Shown here one piece after another: positions 11,465 to 24,178 of a stretch of 64,000 bases of DNA. This stretch comes from an uncultured Alphaproteobacteria bacterium. GTDB taxonomy: Bacteria; Pseudomonadota; Alphaproteobacteria; Rhizobiales; Beijerinckiaceae. Numbering within the stretch: position 1 is the stretch's first letter; each line of letters starts with the position of its first letter. The stretch covers positions 32,434 through 96,433 of the forward strand of contig CAVWPU010000009.1 in assembly GCA_963756955.1 (NCBI GenBank), given 5' to 3'. A program made the translations under genes and the position numbers. The notes under the pieces are model-generated. The model ran no database searches, had not been told where the DNA came from, and saw nothing but the letters and a program-made list of their open reading frames with translations.

Positions 11465-11525
11465 GATTAAATAGCCGAAAATTCCAATCGCTTGCCCTAA
11501 AGATCGCCCCAATAGCTAAGGAAGG

Positions 11526-12282
11526 TCACCGCGGTGTCAGGCGGGCGCTAAAAACGACCCGTTTCGGAGACGCCAACCATGTTTTCATGTCGTCTTCACT
11601 AGAAAAACGTCCGGTGCTCGGCAGAGGGCGCGCTTGCGCTTCCACCACGAGTTCATTCAATCGGAAAGGCCAGGGAGAGACAACGAAATCGAATGAACGC
11701 TGACGCCGCTCTGCGATCCTAACGGTCAGAGCTCCCCGCCACGAGCAGGCGCCTCCAAATCGAGCGGCGTCTTCAGTTCGCCGCAGAGCGCCAGAGATAG
11801 AGTGTCGGAGAACGCAAGAAGAGCCGTCTCTGCCTCCAATTCCGCAGCTTCCAATCCAAGCGCTCGCGACCATGCGACCTCGATTGGCGCTTGGGTCTTC
11901 AAATAATTCTGCGCCGCCGCGGCGTCCGACTTCGCTCACGCGATGACGATCGGTGTAGCGGCGGTAAATGACCCCGCCGTGGCGCGAGATGAGAAGAGCG
12001 ACATGGGTCCCCCATGCGTCCGACCGCGCGCTGCACGCCACGAGTCCACATCGGCGCATGCACCGACGCGCCAATTTCGCGAAAGAGATGCGGCCGCCCG
12101 GTCTCCGTGTTGAATGTGGGCTCGGCTTCCCAGTCGATCCAACCGATGTCGTGCTGCTCCGCCGCCAACAGAAGCGTCTCTGACAGGTTTCCCTCCCAAG
12201 CGCGCAATATCTGGCCCGAGATCCAAGCGTGGGTCAGTTGGCTGATGGCAAGAGCGCCGGACGGTTGGTCACGAAACAGCAT
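11526..12282 (-). CDS. DUF3891 family protein (frameshifted)
   Basis: AISQLTHAWISGQILRAW...AEQHDIGWIDWE, ALLISRH and C-terminal VSPWPF, spread over several frames. Confidence 0.7.
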
Positions 12283-12461
12283 GAGTGCAAGCTATCTGGA
12301 ATGGGCGCATTTCGAAAGGAGAAGGCAGCCCGAATCTCTTCAGCACGCAACGTACCCGGTTTGACCAGCTTGCGCCGCAGCCTCGGTGGTTTCGGGGCTA
12401 GCGTCAGCGGCAAGTCCGTCGCCAATGACAAACTACCCGTCGCGCTCGGCGCCACCCCCTT

Positions 12462-12938
12462 TTACTCCTCGATGACGACTTCTTGCGGCAGGTCGACGAA
12501 CTGCTCGTCAGCCGCGGTTCCGTCGACAAAGGTCAAGACTGCGAAGCGTCCCGTGCGCTCGAGCGCCGACAGCGGATGGTGCCAAGTGTCTGCGACGATA
12601 ATTTATGCCCGTGTCGCCAGGCACCCGAAAAGCGCGGAGCTTGCCGAGGTCGGGCATTCCGTCAGCGCCCTGCGGCGCAACGAGCACGAGATAACTCGCG
12701 CAATCGACGCGGAACGAAGGCTTGCGACGAATAGACGTGCCGCTCCATCTGCACGGCGGTAAGCGGGAGCGGCTTCGGCTCGACTGTCGCCATCGACAGT
12801 CGCGCCCGCGCGGAAGGCCGGCTGTTTTGCAACTCTTCGATGAGCTCCTGCCGTCCGCTGCCCGGGCGCCCGAGGCGGAATAAGCTGGCCGAAGGGCATA
12901 AACGACGCCGCGTCAATCGGCTCGATCTTGAGACGCAT
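12462..12938 (-). CDS. ureidoglycolate lyase, AllA-like (frameshifted)
   Basis: Reconstructed MRLKIEPIDAASFMPFGQLI...MERHVYSSQAFVP...GINYRADTWHHPL; start overlaps the upstream stop. Confidence 0.8.
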
Positions 12939-13861
12939 CACGAGGCCATCTCGCAAGGATGCTCCTTGAGCCAGTGCCGGGCGATGTCCTCGCGCTTGCA
13001 AATCCAGACGTCCGGTTTTGCTGGTCGCGTAGTCGAGGAAGCGGGCGAGACCAGACGCTCGGCCGGGATGGCCAAGAAGGCGCATATGCATGCCGACATT
13101 CATCATCTTGGGCTTCTCGCCGGCCTTCTTCGTACAGAAAATCGAACGCCTCGCGCAAGATCGCGAAGAAATCCTCGCCCGTCGCGAGGTTGGCCGTTGC
13201 CCCATTTCAGATCGTTGTTGGTGAGCGTGTAGGGCACGACGAGCTGCGGGCGGCTTTCACCCATCACATAATAGGGCAGTTCGTCGGCATAGCTGTCGCT
13301 GTCGTAGAGAAAGCCGCCTTCCTCCATTACGAGGCGTCGCGTGTTGACGCTCGGGCCGTAGCGGCAATACCAGCCGAGCGGGCGCTGCCCGACTGTGCGT
13401 TTCAGGCTCTCGATCGCCATGCGGATGTGTTCGCGCTCCGTCGCTTCGTCGAGCTTGAAGTGCTCGATCCAGCGCCAGCCGTGACAGCAGATGTCGTAGC
13501 CTGCCTCTTTGATCGCCTGCGCCGCCGACGGATTGCGCTCGAGCGCCAACGCGCAGGCGTAGACGGTCATCGGCAGGTCGCGCTCCTTGAAGAGGTGGTG
13601 AAGCCGCCAAAAACCGACACGACTGCCGTACTCGAACATGCTTTCCGCGGCGAGGTCGCGGTCGCCGCGCGGCACGGCGGAGCTTGGCAACTCGGTGAGG
13701 GCGGCGTCGCTAACGCCGTCCTTGTCCATCATGCTGTATTCGGAGCCTTCCTCGTAGTTCAGCACAAAGTTGAGCGCGATCCGCGCCTTGCTCGGCCAAC
13801 GTGCATCCGGCGGATTGCCGCCGTAGCCGACGAAGTCGCGTTCAAGCGAGCGAGGAATCAC
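12938..13861 (-). CDS. PuuE-like allantoinase / polysaccharide-deacetylase-fold hydrolase (frameshifted)
   Basis: RDFVGYGGNPP, LNFVLNYEEGSE, ESMFEYGSRVGFWR, CCHGWRW, YDSDSYADELPY, GMHMRLLGHPGR. Confidence 0.88.
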
Positions 13862-14078
13862 ATCAAGGTTCCTGATGAGCAGGTGGCTGGTCAGGACTGC
13901 TGCTCCTGCCGCAGTCATCAAGACGCCGCCACTTGCTGGAAGAAGAAAGCTGAACCAACGACCGCGGCCTTCAAGTCAACGGCGCCAGTGGGTCGATGGT
14001 CGGCCCTTTGATCTCCTCTCGAGAAGCAGGCCGTGGCACGACCTTTCACGGACTTGATCCCGACGACATCGCCGAGGA

Positions 14079-14094
14079 AGCAAACGCCATGCCG
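14079..14094 (-). promoter_or_regulatory. candidate sigma54 promoter for the leftward operon
   Basis: Minus strand CGGCATGGCGTTTGCT with GG-N10-GC spacing. Confidence 0.45.
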
Positions 14095-14513
14095 GAAGGG
14101 CTCAGTTCCCGCGGCGCAGCCCTATCTTGCGTCGCCCCTGACTTGCTTTGCGGGAAGTACAAGGCCTCCGCTTGTCGCCGAATGCCGCAATTCACGATCG
14201 TGATGCGGCGTCGGTCAGCATGACGCGTTCATCTCGCATTTTCTGGGATTCGACGATCTCACCGATGCGCGGTGGACGAACGATTTTTTGGCGTAAAACT
14301 TTAAGCGTTTGACTAGTTTTTGTGCCGGAAGACGTTGCGATCGTTCGCGGTTGCTGAAATCGCGGTCTTCCTGGCGGTCGCTGCTCCCTATCCCCGTCGG
14401 TCGAAAGAGAACCGTCCTTTCGCGCATGAATCGACACTTATCCTCGCTTGAGAATCGAGCCTTCCAATTGCTCGTGGCGTTGATGTCCCAAATGAATCGT
14501 CCACAGCGAGCGC

Positions 14514-14529
14514 TGGCATGTCGTTTGCA
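14514..14529 (+). promoter_or_regulatory. sigma54 promoter for the ABC/amidohydrolase operon
   Basis: TGGCATGTCGTTTGCA with GG-N10-GC spacing, ~85 nt upstream of ATG 14613. Confidence 0.65.
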
Positions 14530-14612
14530 TAACTATCGCAACTTGAGGGCTCCACGCTTTGCGCCTCGCGGCCCGCGAGGCCACTGCACGAAAACCTGCG
14601 AGGAGAGGCTTC

Positions 14613-15678
14613 ATGTGTGATCGTCATGGTAACCTTGGCCTAACAAGCCCGGCGCTGACCGCCGTGAACCGCCGATCGTTCCTGAAAGCGAGCGCGGCGG
14701 GAACGATCGCGATGGCGGTGCCGGCTGGCATGATGGGACTGCCCGGCTCGGCCAGCGCCGCCGCGACCGTCAAGGGAACGCACGGCAACGGTTTTTGCAA
14801 TGTCGCTTTCTTCATCACGCACGCTCGTCAACTTGCCAAGGACGACGGCCTGACGCTCGAATTCGTCAATACCCCGTCGTTCGCCGATCAGGTCACCTTC
14901 CTCGGCACCGGGCAGGTCGACGTCAGCGTGATGCCCTACACGAACTTCATGGCGCTCTATGACGCCGGCGCGCCGGTCAAGATCGTCGCCGGCGGCGGCG
15001 TGCAGGGCGTCTACATCGTCGCCCAGCCGGGCCTCGACACGCCCGCCAAGCTCAAGGGCAAGACGCTCGGCACCTTCCAGAACGACACGCTGGAGGTGCT
15101 GCCCTACGATTGGCTGAAGAAGAACGGCGTCTCCTACAAGGACGTCACCGTCCGCTACATGGATTCGATGGGCGACATGGTCGCCGCATTCAAGGCCGGC
15201 TCGATCGATATCGCTTCGACTATCGAGCCCTACGGTTCGTCGCTCCTCAGCGACGTGAAAGGTTCGGTGCTGTTGTCCGACGGCGTCGACATCTACGGGC
15301 CGGACTATACCGACTGCATACTCGCCGCAAGCACCGAACTGCTCGAAGAAGGATCCCAACAGCGTCAAGGCGCTGATCAAGGCGATGCTGAAGGCGCAGC
15401 TCCTCTGGGAGCAGGATCGCGAGACGCTGCTCACCGAACTCGTTGGCACCTACTACAAGACCTCGCTCGAAAACGCTCGGATCGGCGGAAAGGCTCAGCC
15501 GGCGAAGGTCGATCAGCGGGCCCAGACGGACTTCATCCTGAACCGCGTCAATTCGGTCATGGCGATGGGCTACATCAAGAAGAAGCCGGGCAAGGATGCG
15601 ATCGACTGGAGCTTCTCGAAGCAGGCGATCGCCGAGGTTCCCGACGTCTACGCCAAGCTCAAATACAAATCGGCTTGA
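14613..15678 (+). CDS. ABC transporter substrate-binding protein, SsuA/TauA/NMT1-like, Tat-exported (frameshift ~15350)
   Basis: Tat motif NRRSFLK; GQVDV, LKGKTLG, AFKAGSIDIASTIEPY. Confidence 0.85.
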
Positions 15679-15684
15679 ACTCGC

Positions 15685-16620
15685 GTGACGGCGACCAGCG
15701 TCAAGATCGGCGGCGAGACGGTAAAGTCACGCCGACTCTCGGGATTCGGCTCGCTCCTTGTTCGGTCAGACGATCGCCTTCGTCCGGCAGCACGGGCCGA
15801 AACTCGGCTGGGGCCTGCTGTCGGTCGGGCTGTTCGCGGGCTTATGGGAATTCCTCTGGTACATCGGCGTCGCCGATCAGCGCCTGCTGCCGCCTCCGCA
15901 CATTTTCCTTGGCGACTTCGCCGGGCAGGCGAAGAACTTCAACACCGCCAAACGCTGGGAGATCGGCGTCGATCCCAATTCCGGGCCGACGCCGTTCGAG
16001 GCTGTGCTCATCACGATGGCGTCGTCGACGATGCGGGTGCTCGCCGGCCTCGCGCATCGCTGCGATCGCGAGCCTCTGCATGGGCGTTCTGATCCGCTAT
16101 TACGGGCTGTTCGGCAAGCTGGTTCTGCCGACGGTGACGCTGCTGGCGCCGGTCTCGCCCGTCGCGTGGTTGCCGGTGGCGATCTTCCTGTTCGGCATCG
16201 GCAACGGGCCGGCGATCTTCATGGTGTTCATCGCGCTGTTCTTCACGATGACGCTCGCCACCATCACGCAGATCGACTCCGTCAACCGCAACTACATCAA
16301 TGTCGCGCGCACGATGGGCGCCAGCAAGCGTCAGATCTATACGCGCGTGATCCTGCCGGCGATCCTGCCGGGCTTGCTCGTCGTGCTTCGTCTCAATCTG
16401 TTCGGCGCCTGGATGGTGGTGCTGGTCGCCGAGGCGACCGGCGTCGGTTACGGGCTCGGGCAGATCATCTCGATGGCCCGCAACACGTTCAACCCCGGCC
16501 TCGTCTATCTTCACCATCGTCATCATCGGCCTGCTCGGCTTCACGTTCGACTTTGCCCTGCGGCTGCTCCAGCAGGCGAGTGCTGTTCTGGCTTCCCAAA
16601 GGGCCAAGGGGGACTGGGCA

Positions 16621-16628
<8 letters not shown>
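15685..16628 (+). CDS. ABC transporter permease, NitT/TauT family (frameshifted)
   Basis: LLPPP, LAPVSPVAWLPVAIFLFG, EAA-like loop YINVARTMGAS, ILPAILPG, WMVVLVAE. Confidence 0.88.
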
Positions 16629-17453
<825 letters not shown>

Positions 17454-17457
17454 CAAG

Positions 17458-19018
17458 TTGACGGGGGGCGTCATTTCCACCACGATCGTTCGCGGGAAAT
17501 ATGTCATTACGCGCGCGCTCGACCGCCATCGCTGGGAACAGATCGATGACGGCGCGGTGCTTCAGCAGGATGGCGTGATCACGGCGATCGGCGCCTTCGC
17601 GGATTTGCGTCGAGACAATCCTGGCGCGCCGGTGGTCGGCGACGGCGAACAGGTGCTGATGCCGGGCTTCGTCAACGCGCATCATCATATCGGCCTGTCG
17701 ACGGTCCAGCTCGGCATATCCGACACGACGCTCGAGCTTTGGTTCGCGACCGAGCATCGCGATGCGCGACCGCATTCCCTACTACGATACGCTCTATTCG
17801 TGCTTCGAGATGGTCGCCTCCGGCACGACTACGGCGCAGCATCTGCATGGCTGGATCCCGGGCGATCCCAGGCAGACGGAAGCCGAGGCCGAGGCCGATC
17901 ATTCGCGCCTACGAAGACATCGGCATGCGCGTCTCCTACTGCTACGCTTTGCGCGAGCAGAACCATCTCGTCTACGAGGCTAACGAGCAATTCTTCGCGC
18001 GCGTGCCTGCGGAGCTTCGCCCGTCGCTCGCCAAGTATTTCGCCGGCTTTCAGATGCCGGCGAAGGAAACCATCGCGCTGTTCGATCATCTGCGCGCCAA
18101 GCATCAAGGGCAAGGAGCGCGTCAGGATCCAGCTGGCGCCGTCGAACCAGCAATGGTGCACCGACGAGGGCCTAGCGATGCTCGCCGACAGCGCCGAAAA
18201 GCATGGCGTCCCTATCCATATGCACCTCGTCGAGACGCCCTATCAGAAGGAATATGCGCGACGCCGCGGCGACGGGGGCACGGCGGTGGATTTCATCGAG
18301 CGGTTCGGTCTGCTCGGGACCGAAAACGACGCTCGGCCATGCCGTCTGGCTTTCGGAAAGCGATCTCGACAAGCTCGCCGATACGCACACGAGTGTTTGC
18401 CACAATTGCAGCTCCAATTTTCGTCTGCGCAGCGGCGTGCTGCCGCTCAACCGACTGGAAGCGAGGGGCATCAATACCGCGATTGGTCTCGACGACGTCG
18501 GCATCAACGACGATCAGGACATGCTCCAGGAAATGCGGATGGTGCTACGGGCCCATCGCGAGCCGGGCATGGACGATCGCGTTCCGACCATGGCCCAGGT
18601 GTTCCGAATGGCGACGAGCGGCGGCGCCAAAACGACCCCTTACGCCGCGGAGATCGGCACGCTCGAAATCGGCAAAGCGGCGGACATGGTGCTCATCGAC
18701 TGGAAGCAGATCAGCTACCCCTATCTCGATAGCGAAACGCCAGTGCTCGATGCGGTGATCCAGCGAGCGAAGATGCAGGGCGTGCAGACCGTCATTGTCG
18801 GCGGCGAGATCGTCTATCAGGATGGAAAGTTTACTCGCCTGGATCGCGACGCCGCGCTTGCCCAGCTTGCCGATATTCTCAAGCGGCCGCTGAGCGGCGA
18901 GGAAATGGAGCGTCGCCGGCTGGCGAAGGCCGTTTTCCCTTACGTGAGGTCGTTCTACGACGGTTATTACGACCCCGAGACAAGCGAACCCTATTACCGG
19001 CAGAACTCCCGGATTTAA
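17458..19018 (+). CDS. metal-dependent amidohydrolase, deaminase/TRZ-ATZ-like, paralogue 1 (frameshifted)
   Basis: PGFVNAHHHIG, HMHLVET, LGHAVW, HNCSSNFRLRSG, GLDD, GTLEIGKAADMV. Confidence 0.85.
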
Positions 19019-19056
19019 GTGGGTCAGCGGCCGATTTCGAACAGGGAGCGAGACAC

Positions 19057-20599
19057 GTGCCATCCTCGATCATTCGCGGCAAGCATGTCATCACGCGGGC
19101 GCTCGATCGCCATCGATGGGAGCAGATCGACGACGGCGCTGTGCTGCAGCGCGACGGCGTCATCGCCGCGATCGGCCCATTCGAGGATCTGCAGCGCGCC
19201 AATCCGGATGCGCCGGTGATCGGCACGGGCGAGCAGGCGCTGCTGCCCGGCTTCGTCAACGGCCACCATCATGTCGGCCTGACGCCGGTCCAGCTGGGCT
19301 CGCCCGACATGCCGCTCGAGCTGTGGTTCGCGACGCGCCTGGTGACCCGCGATCTCGATCTCTACCTCGACACGCTCTATTCGGCCTTCGAGATGATCGC
19401 CTCCGGCATCACCACGGTGCAGCACATTCATGGCTGGATGCCGGGCAAGCTTGCCGCAGGTCGAGGAGCGCTCGGAATCGGTCATCCGCGCCTACGAAGA
19501 TATCGGCATGCGCGTCTCCTATTGCTTCGCGCTGCGCGACCAGAACCACCTCGTCTACGAAGCGAACGAGCAGTTCCTCAACGCGCGTGCCCGCCGACGT
19601 GCGCCCGATGCTCGCAAAGCATTTCGACCGCTTTCAATTGTCGGGCAAGGACGCGATCGCACTGTTCGAGCATCTTCACGCCAAGCATCACAACAAGGAG
19701 CGGGTGAAGATCCAGCTGGCGCCGGCGAACCTGCATTGGTGCTCGGACGAGGCGCTGACAATGCTCGCGGAGTGCTCCGAAAAGCATGGCGCGCCATTCC
19801 ACATGCATCTCGTCGAGACGGCCTATCAAAAGGAATATGCACGCCGTCGCGGCGGAGGGCACCGCGGTCGACTATATCGAGCGCTTCGGCCTGCTCGGCC
19901 CGAAGATGACGCTGGGGCATGGCGTCTGGCTCTCAGAGCGGGACATCGATAAGCTCGCCGAGACCGGGAACAAACATCTGCCACAATTGCAGCTCGAATT
20001 TCCGCCTGCGCAGCGGCGTCGCGCCGCTCAACCGCTTCGAGGCGAAGGGCATCAATACCGCGATCGGTCTCGACGAAGCCGGAATCAACGACGATCGCGA
20101 CATGCTGCAGGAGATGCGCATGGTGCTGCGCGCCCATCGCGAGCCGGGCATGGACGATCGCGTTCCGACCATGGCCCAGGTGTTCCGCATGGCGACAGTC
20201 GGCGGCGCGAAGACGACGCCATTCGGCGCGCATCTCGGCACGCTCGAGATCGGCAAGGCGGCCGACATGGTGCTCATCGACTGGAAGCAGATCAGCTATC
20301 CCTATCTCGACGCCGAAATGCCGGTGCTCGACGCGGTCATCCAGCGCGCCAAGACAGAGGGCGTCAAGACGGTGATCGTAGCCGGCGAGATCATCTATCA
20401 GGACGGCAAGTTCACGAAGGTCGACCGCGACGCCGCGCTGCGGCAATTGTCAGACTTGCTTAAGCGCCCGTTGACCACCGACGAAATTGAACGGCGTCAG
20501 CTGTCCAAAGCGGTCCTGCCCCATGTCAAGTCGTTCTACGAAGGCTATTACCCGGAGGACTCTCACACGCCCTACTACCGGCAAAACTCGAGAGTGTAA
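19057..20599 (+). CDS. metal-dependent amidohydrolase, paralogue 2 (frameshifted)
   Basis: PGFVNGHHHVG, HMHLVET, LGHGVW, HNCSSNFRLRSG, GLDE; colinear with paralogue 1. Confidence 0.85.
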
Positions 20600-20758
20600 G
20601 GTGGATCGACGATCGACAACCCGACATCGGCGCAGCCCAACTGCGATCTTGACGCCGGAGACCTCACGTTCACCGAGGACGAACTCGTTATGATTCGTTC
20701 CGATGGCGAGCATAGCCTCGAACCTTTGACGCCGAAGTCGCACGAAATTGATGCGTCT

Positions 20759-21689
20759 GTGAGGGGCGGATCGCGATTTCGCTGGCTATCGTGATAGGCC
20801 TCCCAGAGTCAGTTGGCCGAACGGCGCCCGGCTCGCGCTTTCGATCGTTGTCAACATCGAGGAAGGCGCCGAACTCGCCCTATCGATGGGCGATGAGAGG
20901 AACGAATTCGTCTATGAGATTGTAGAACGCATCGATGGCGCGCGTGATCTGTGCATGGAGAGCCACTTCGCCTATGGCGCGCGCGCTGCGTGGCCCCGGC
21001 TGCGGCAGACGCTCAAGCGCTACGGCGTAGCCGCGACGCTCAACGCCTGTGGCCGGGCCATCGCCTTGTCACCATGGATCGCTGAGGAGGCTATCGCAGA
21101 CGGCCACGAGATCATGTGCCACGGCTACCGGTGGGAGAGCCATGCGTATATGGCCGAGTCGAATGAACGCCAAACGATCTCGCGCACGGTCGACGCGATC
21201 GTAAAAGCAGCAGGCAGCGCGCCGGTCGGCTGGCACACCCGTTCGAGCCCGTCCGTCAACACCCGACGCTTGCTCGTCGAGAATGGCGGATTTCTCTACG
21301 ACTCCAACGCCTACGATGACGACCTGCCGTATGTGGTCGACGTCCTCGGCAGGCCCCATGTCGTGCTGCCTTACGCGTTCGACACCAACGACATGCGCTT
21401 TTTCAACAATGGCGGCTTCGTTTTCGGCGACGACTTTGCGCGCTACTGTATCGACGCCTTCGAGCGGTTGTACCTCGAAGGCGCAAGCCAGCCACGCATG
21501 ATGACAGTCGGCTTGCACCTTCGCATCATCGGGAGGCCCGGCCGCATCGGCGGGCTTGAGCGTTTTCTTTCTCACGTGGCCTCGCGCGCGAGCGTGTGGT
21601 TCGCGCGACGCGACGAAATAGCACACGCCTGGCGCGCGGGAATCGGGCTGCCGCAGTGGGCGCCGAAGCCGCCATTGCCAACCGAATGA
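20759..21689 (+). CDS. second PuuE-like polysaccharide-deacetylase-fold hydrolase
   Basis: DRDFAGY...WPNGARLALSIVVNIEEG, ESHFAYG, MCHGYRW, YDSNAYDDDLPY, GLHLRIIGRPGR. Start uncertain. Confidence 0.85.
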
Positions 21690-21849
21690 TCCGATCGGAT
21701 CCCCAGACAATGACGCTTGAGCAGCTTGCCCGTCAGGTGATTAGCGGCCTGCTCATTGGCTTGCAAGTCGTGGGGTCGCGGCGCCCCGACGACGGAGGGA
21801 TGCCAGCGGCGGCCGCGATCGAGGATCACCTCGGGCTCGCAGCGCACCC

Positions 21850-22614
21850 TTGGAGGAGAGGCTGACGCGTCTGCTCCTCCTCAATCCGAACACATCCTCG
21901 GCGGTGACCGAACGCATGGCTGCGTGCGCACGCTTGGCCGCCGCCGCGGACACCGAGATAGTCCCGCTCACGGCTTTGCGCGGCGTCCCCTTCATCGCCT
22001 CGCGCGCGGAGGCGCAAATCGCCGGAGCCATCGTGCTCGAGATGCTCGCCGCGCATCGCGGCGGTTACGACGCGGCGATCATCGCAGCCTTCGCCGATCC
22101 CGGCCTCCTGGGCGCCCGCGAATTGTTTGACGTTCCGATCGTTGGGCTCGCGGAAGCCGCAATGCTCTCAGCTTGTATGCTCGGCCGCCGCTTTTCCATC
22201 GTCACGTTTGCGACGGCGATGGGACCCTGGTTGAGAGAGTGCGTCGATATGCATGGCCTTGGCGGCCGCTGCGCCTCGATCCGCACGCTTGACGAGGCCT
22301 TCATTTCGATCGCGAGCGTGCAGGAGGAGAAGGAGGCGAAACTCGTGGCCCTCGCCAATCGCGCGGTGTCGGAGGACGAGGCCGATGTCGTCATCCTCGC
22401 CGGCGCGCCGCTCAGTGGCCTTGCCGCTCGGGTGCGCCATCTGGTCCCCGTGCCTCTCGTAGAACAGACCATCGCGGCAGTGAAGCAGGCGGAGGTTCTT
22501 ATTGCGCTCTCTCCGCTCAAGGCTACGCGCGGAACCTTCCGCCGGCCTTCAGCCAAATCGAGTCTTAACCTCCAAGCATCACTCGCCGCCCACATCGCTC
22601 ATGAAGACGTCTAA
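21850..22614 (+). CDS. Asp/Glu/hydantoin racemase family protein lacking both canonical catalytic cysteines
   Basis: LLLNPNTSSAVT, DAAIIAAFADPGLLGARE, VVILAGAPLSGLA. Confidence 0.82.
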   Translation: MEERLTRLLLLNPNTSSAVTERMAACARLAAAADTEIVPLTALRGVPFIASRAEAQIAGAIVLEMLAAHRGGYDAAIIAAFADPGLLGARELFDVPIVGLAEAAMLSACMLGRRFSIVTFATAMGPWLRECVDMHGLGGRCASIRTLDEAFISIASVQEEKEAKLVALANRAVSEDEADVVILAGAPLSGLAARVRHLVPVPLVEQTIAAVKQAEVLIALSPLKATRGTFRRPSAKSSLNLQASLAAHIAHEDV

Positions 22615-24178
22615 ACCCAAAATCGCCGCCGCCGACGCTGGCAACCGCGACGGTCCTGCCGAGCGATCGCTGCTCATTCGGGGCGGCCGCGTTTACGATC
22701 ATGACGGCGACATAGACGATCCTTCCGTGCGTGACATTGTGATCCGAGGTTCGCGCATCGTCTCAGTGACGGCGCCAGACGAAGATGGGGAGCTGAAGGA
22801 GCGAATTGCGCGGCAAGGGCGGGTGATCGAAGCGCACGGCAAGCTCGTTATCCCGGGATTTGTAAACGCCCACTATCATTCGTACGACGTGTTGGCCAAA
22901 GGCCTTCTCGAGGACATGCCCTTCGACGTCTGGGCGTTGCATTCGCAGCCCGCCTATTTCGGGCCGCGCAGCAAAGCCGAGATCCGTGTCCGTACTCTGC
23001 TCGGCGCCCTCGAATGTCTGCGCAATGGCATCACAACCATCCAGGATATGAACTCCCTGGTGCCTCAGGACGAGGAGACTCTCGACACGATCCTCGGCGC
23101 CTATGCGGAAATCGGGATGCGCGTCGTCTTCTCCATCGCGGTGCGCGACGTTGGCGCGCTCGACATTGCGCCGTTTCTGCCGCTCGGCGTGCCCGACGAC
23201 GCTATGGCAATTATCCGCGGCGCCCCGAAAGACGCGCGCGAGGAGATCGCGTTCGTCGAGCGCCAGATCAATCGTCTGACGCCCTTGCCTCCCCGCTTCA
23301 CCTGGGGCTTGAGCCCCTCCGGGCCACAACGTTCATCGCGTACGTTGCTCGAAGGTGTCAGCGACCTTGCTGGGCGCTACCACCTGCCGATCTTCACCCA
23401 TGTGTACGAGACCAAGGCTCAGACCGCGAAAGCGCGGGCCATTTATGGCGAGCAGGGCGGCTCCATGATCCGGCATCTGGCCGAGATCGGGCTTCTGACG
23501 CCGCGCACCACGATTGCCCATGGCGTTTGGCTCACTCGAGACGAGATCGCGGTCATGGCGAAACATGGCGCGGGCATCGTTCACAACCCGATCAGCAATC
23601 TGAAATTGAAGAGCGGGGTCGCGCCGATGCACGCCGCGATGCAGGCTGGGGTTAGAGTGGCGCTTGGCTGCGACAACTGCAGCTGCGGCGACTGCCAGAG
23701 CATGTTTCAGGCGATGAAAATGTTCTGCCTACTGGCGGCGGTCACCGACCCGAATCCGACGGGCGTGCGCGCGGCGGACGCGATCAAGGCGGCGACCTTG
23801 GGTGGAGCGCAGGCCATGAATCTCGACGGAGAGATCGGCGCCGTCCGGGCCGGAATGAAAGCCGACCTCGTCCTTATCGACCTCGACGACGTCGCGTGGC
23901 AGCCGCTGAACAGCGTCGCGCGGCAGCTCGTTTTCAGCGAAGTGGGTCGAGGCATCGAGACGACGATCGTCGATGGAGAGATCGTCATGTTCGAGCGCCG
24001 CATCGCCACGATCGATGAGGCGGCCTTAAGGGAAGAGCTCGCCTCGCTAATGCCAGCGTTCCGCCGCGACTTCGCGAAGATCGCCGAGGCTAACCAGCGG
24101 GTGGTCCCTTACCTCCTAGCCGCGAATGACCGTCTAAAGTCCCATGATTTGGGAATCAACCGGTTTGTCGCATCGTGA
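22601..24178 (+). CDS. metal-dependent amidohydrolase, SsnA/deaminase-like
   Basis: PGFVNAHYH, FTHVYET, IAHGVW, HNPISNLKLKSG, GCDN, GMKADLV; intact ORF. Confidence 0.9.
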   Translation: MKTSKPKIAAADAGNRDGPAERSLLIRGGRVYDHDGDIDDPSVRDIVIRGSRIVSVTAPDEDGELKERIARQGRVIEAHGKLVIPGFVNAHYHSYDVLAKGLLEDMPFDVWALHSQPAYFGPRSKAEIRVRTLLGALECLRNGITTIQDMNSLVPQDEETLDTILGAYAEIGMRVVFSIAVRDVGALDIAPFLPLGVPDDAMAIIRGAPKDAREEIAFVERQINRLTPLPPRFTWGLSPSGPQRSSRTLLEGVSDLAGRYHLPIFTHVYETKAQTAKARAIYGEQGGSMIRHLAEIGLLTPRTTIAHGVWLTRDEIAVMAKHGAGIVHNPISNLKLKSGVAPMHAAMQAGVRVALGCDNCSCGDCQSMFQAMKMFCLLAAVTDPNPTGVRAADAIKAATLGGAQAMNLDGEIGAVRAGMKADLVLIDLDDVAWQPLNSVARQLVFSEVGRGIETTIVDGEIVMFERRIATIDEAALREELASLMPAFRRDFAKIAEANQRVVPYLLAANDRLKSHDLGINRFVAS

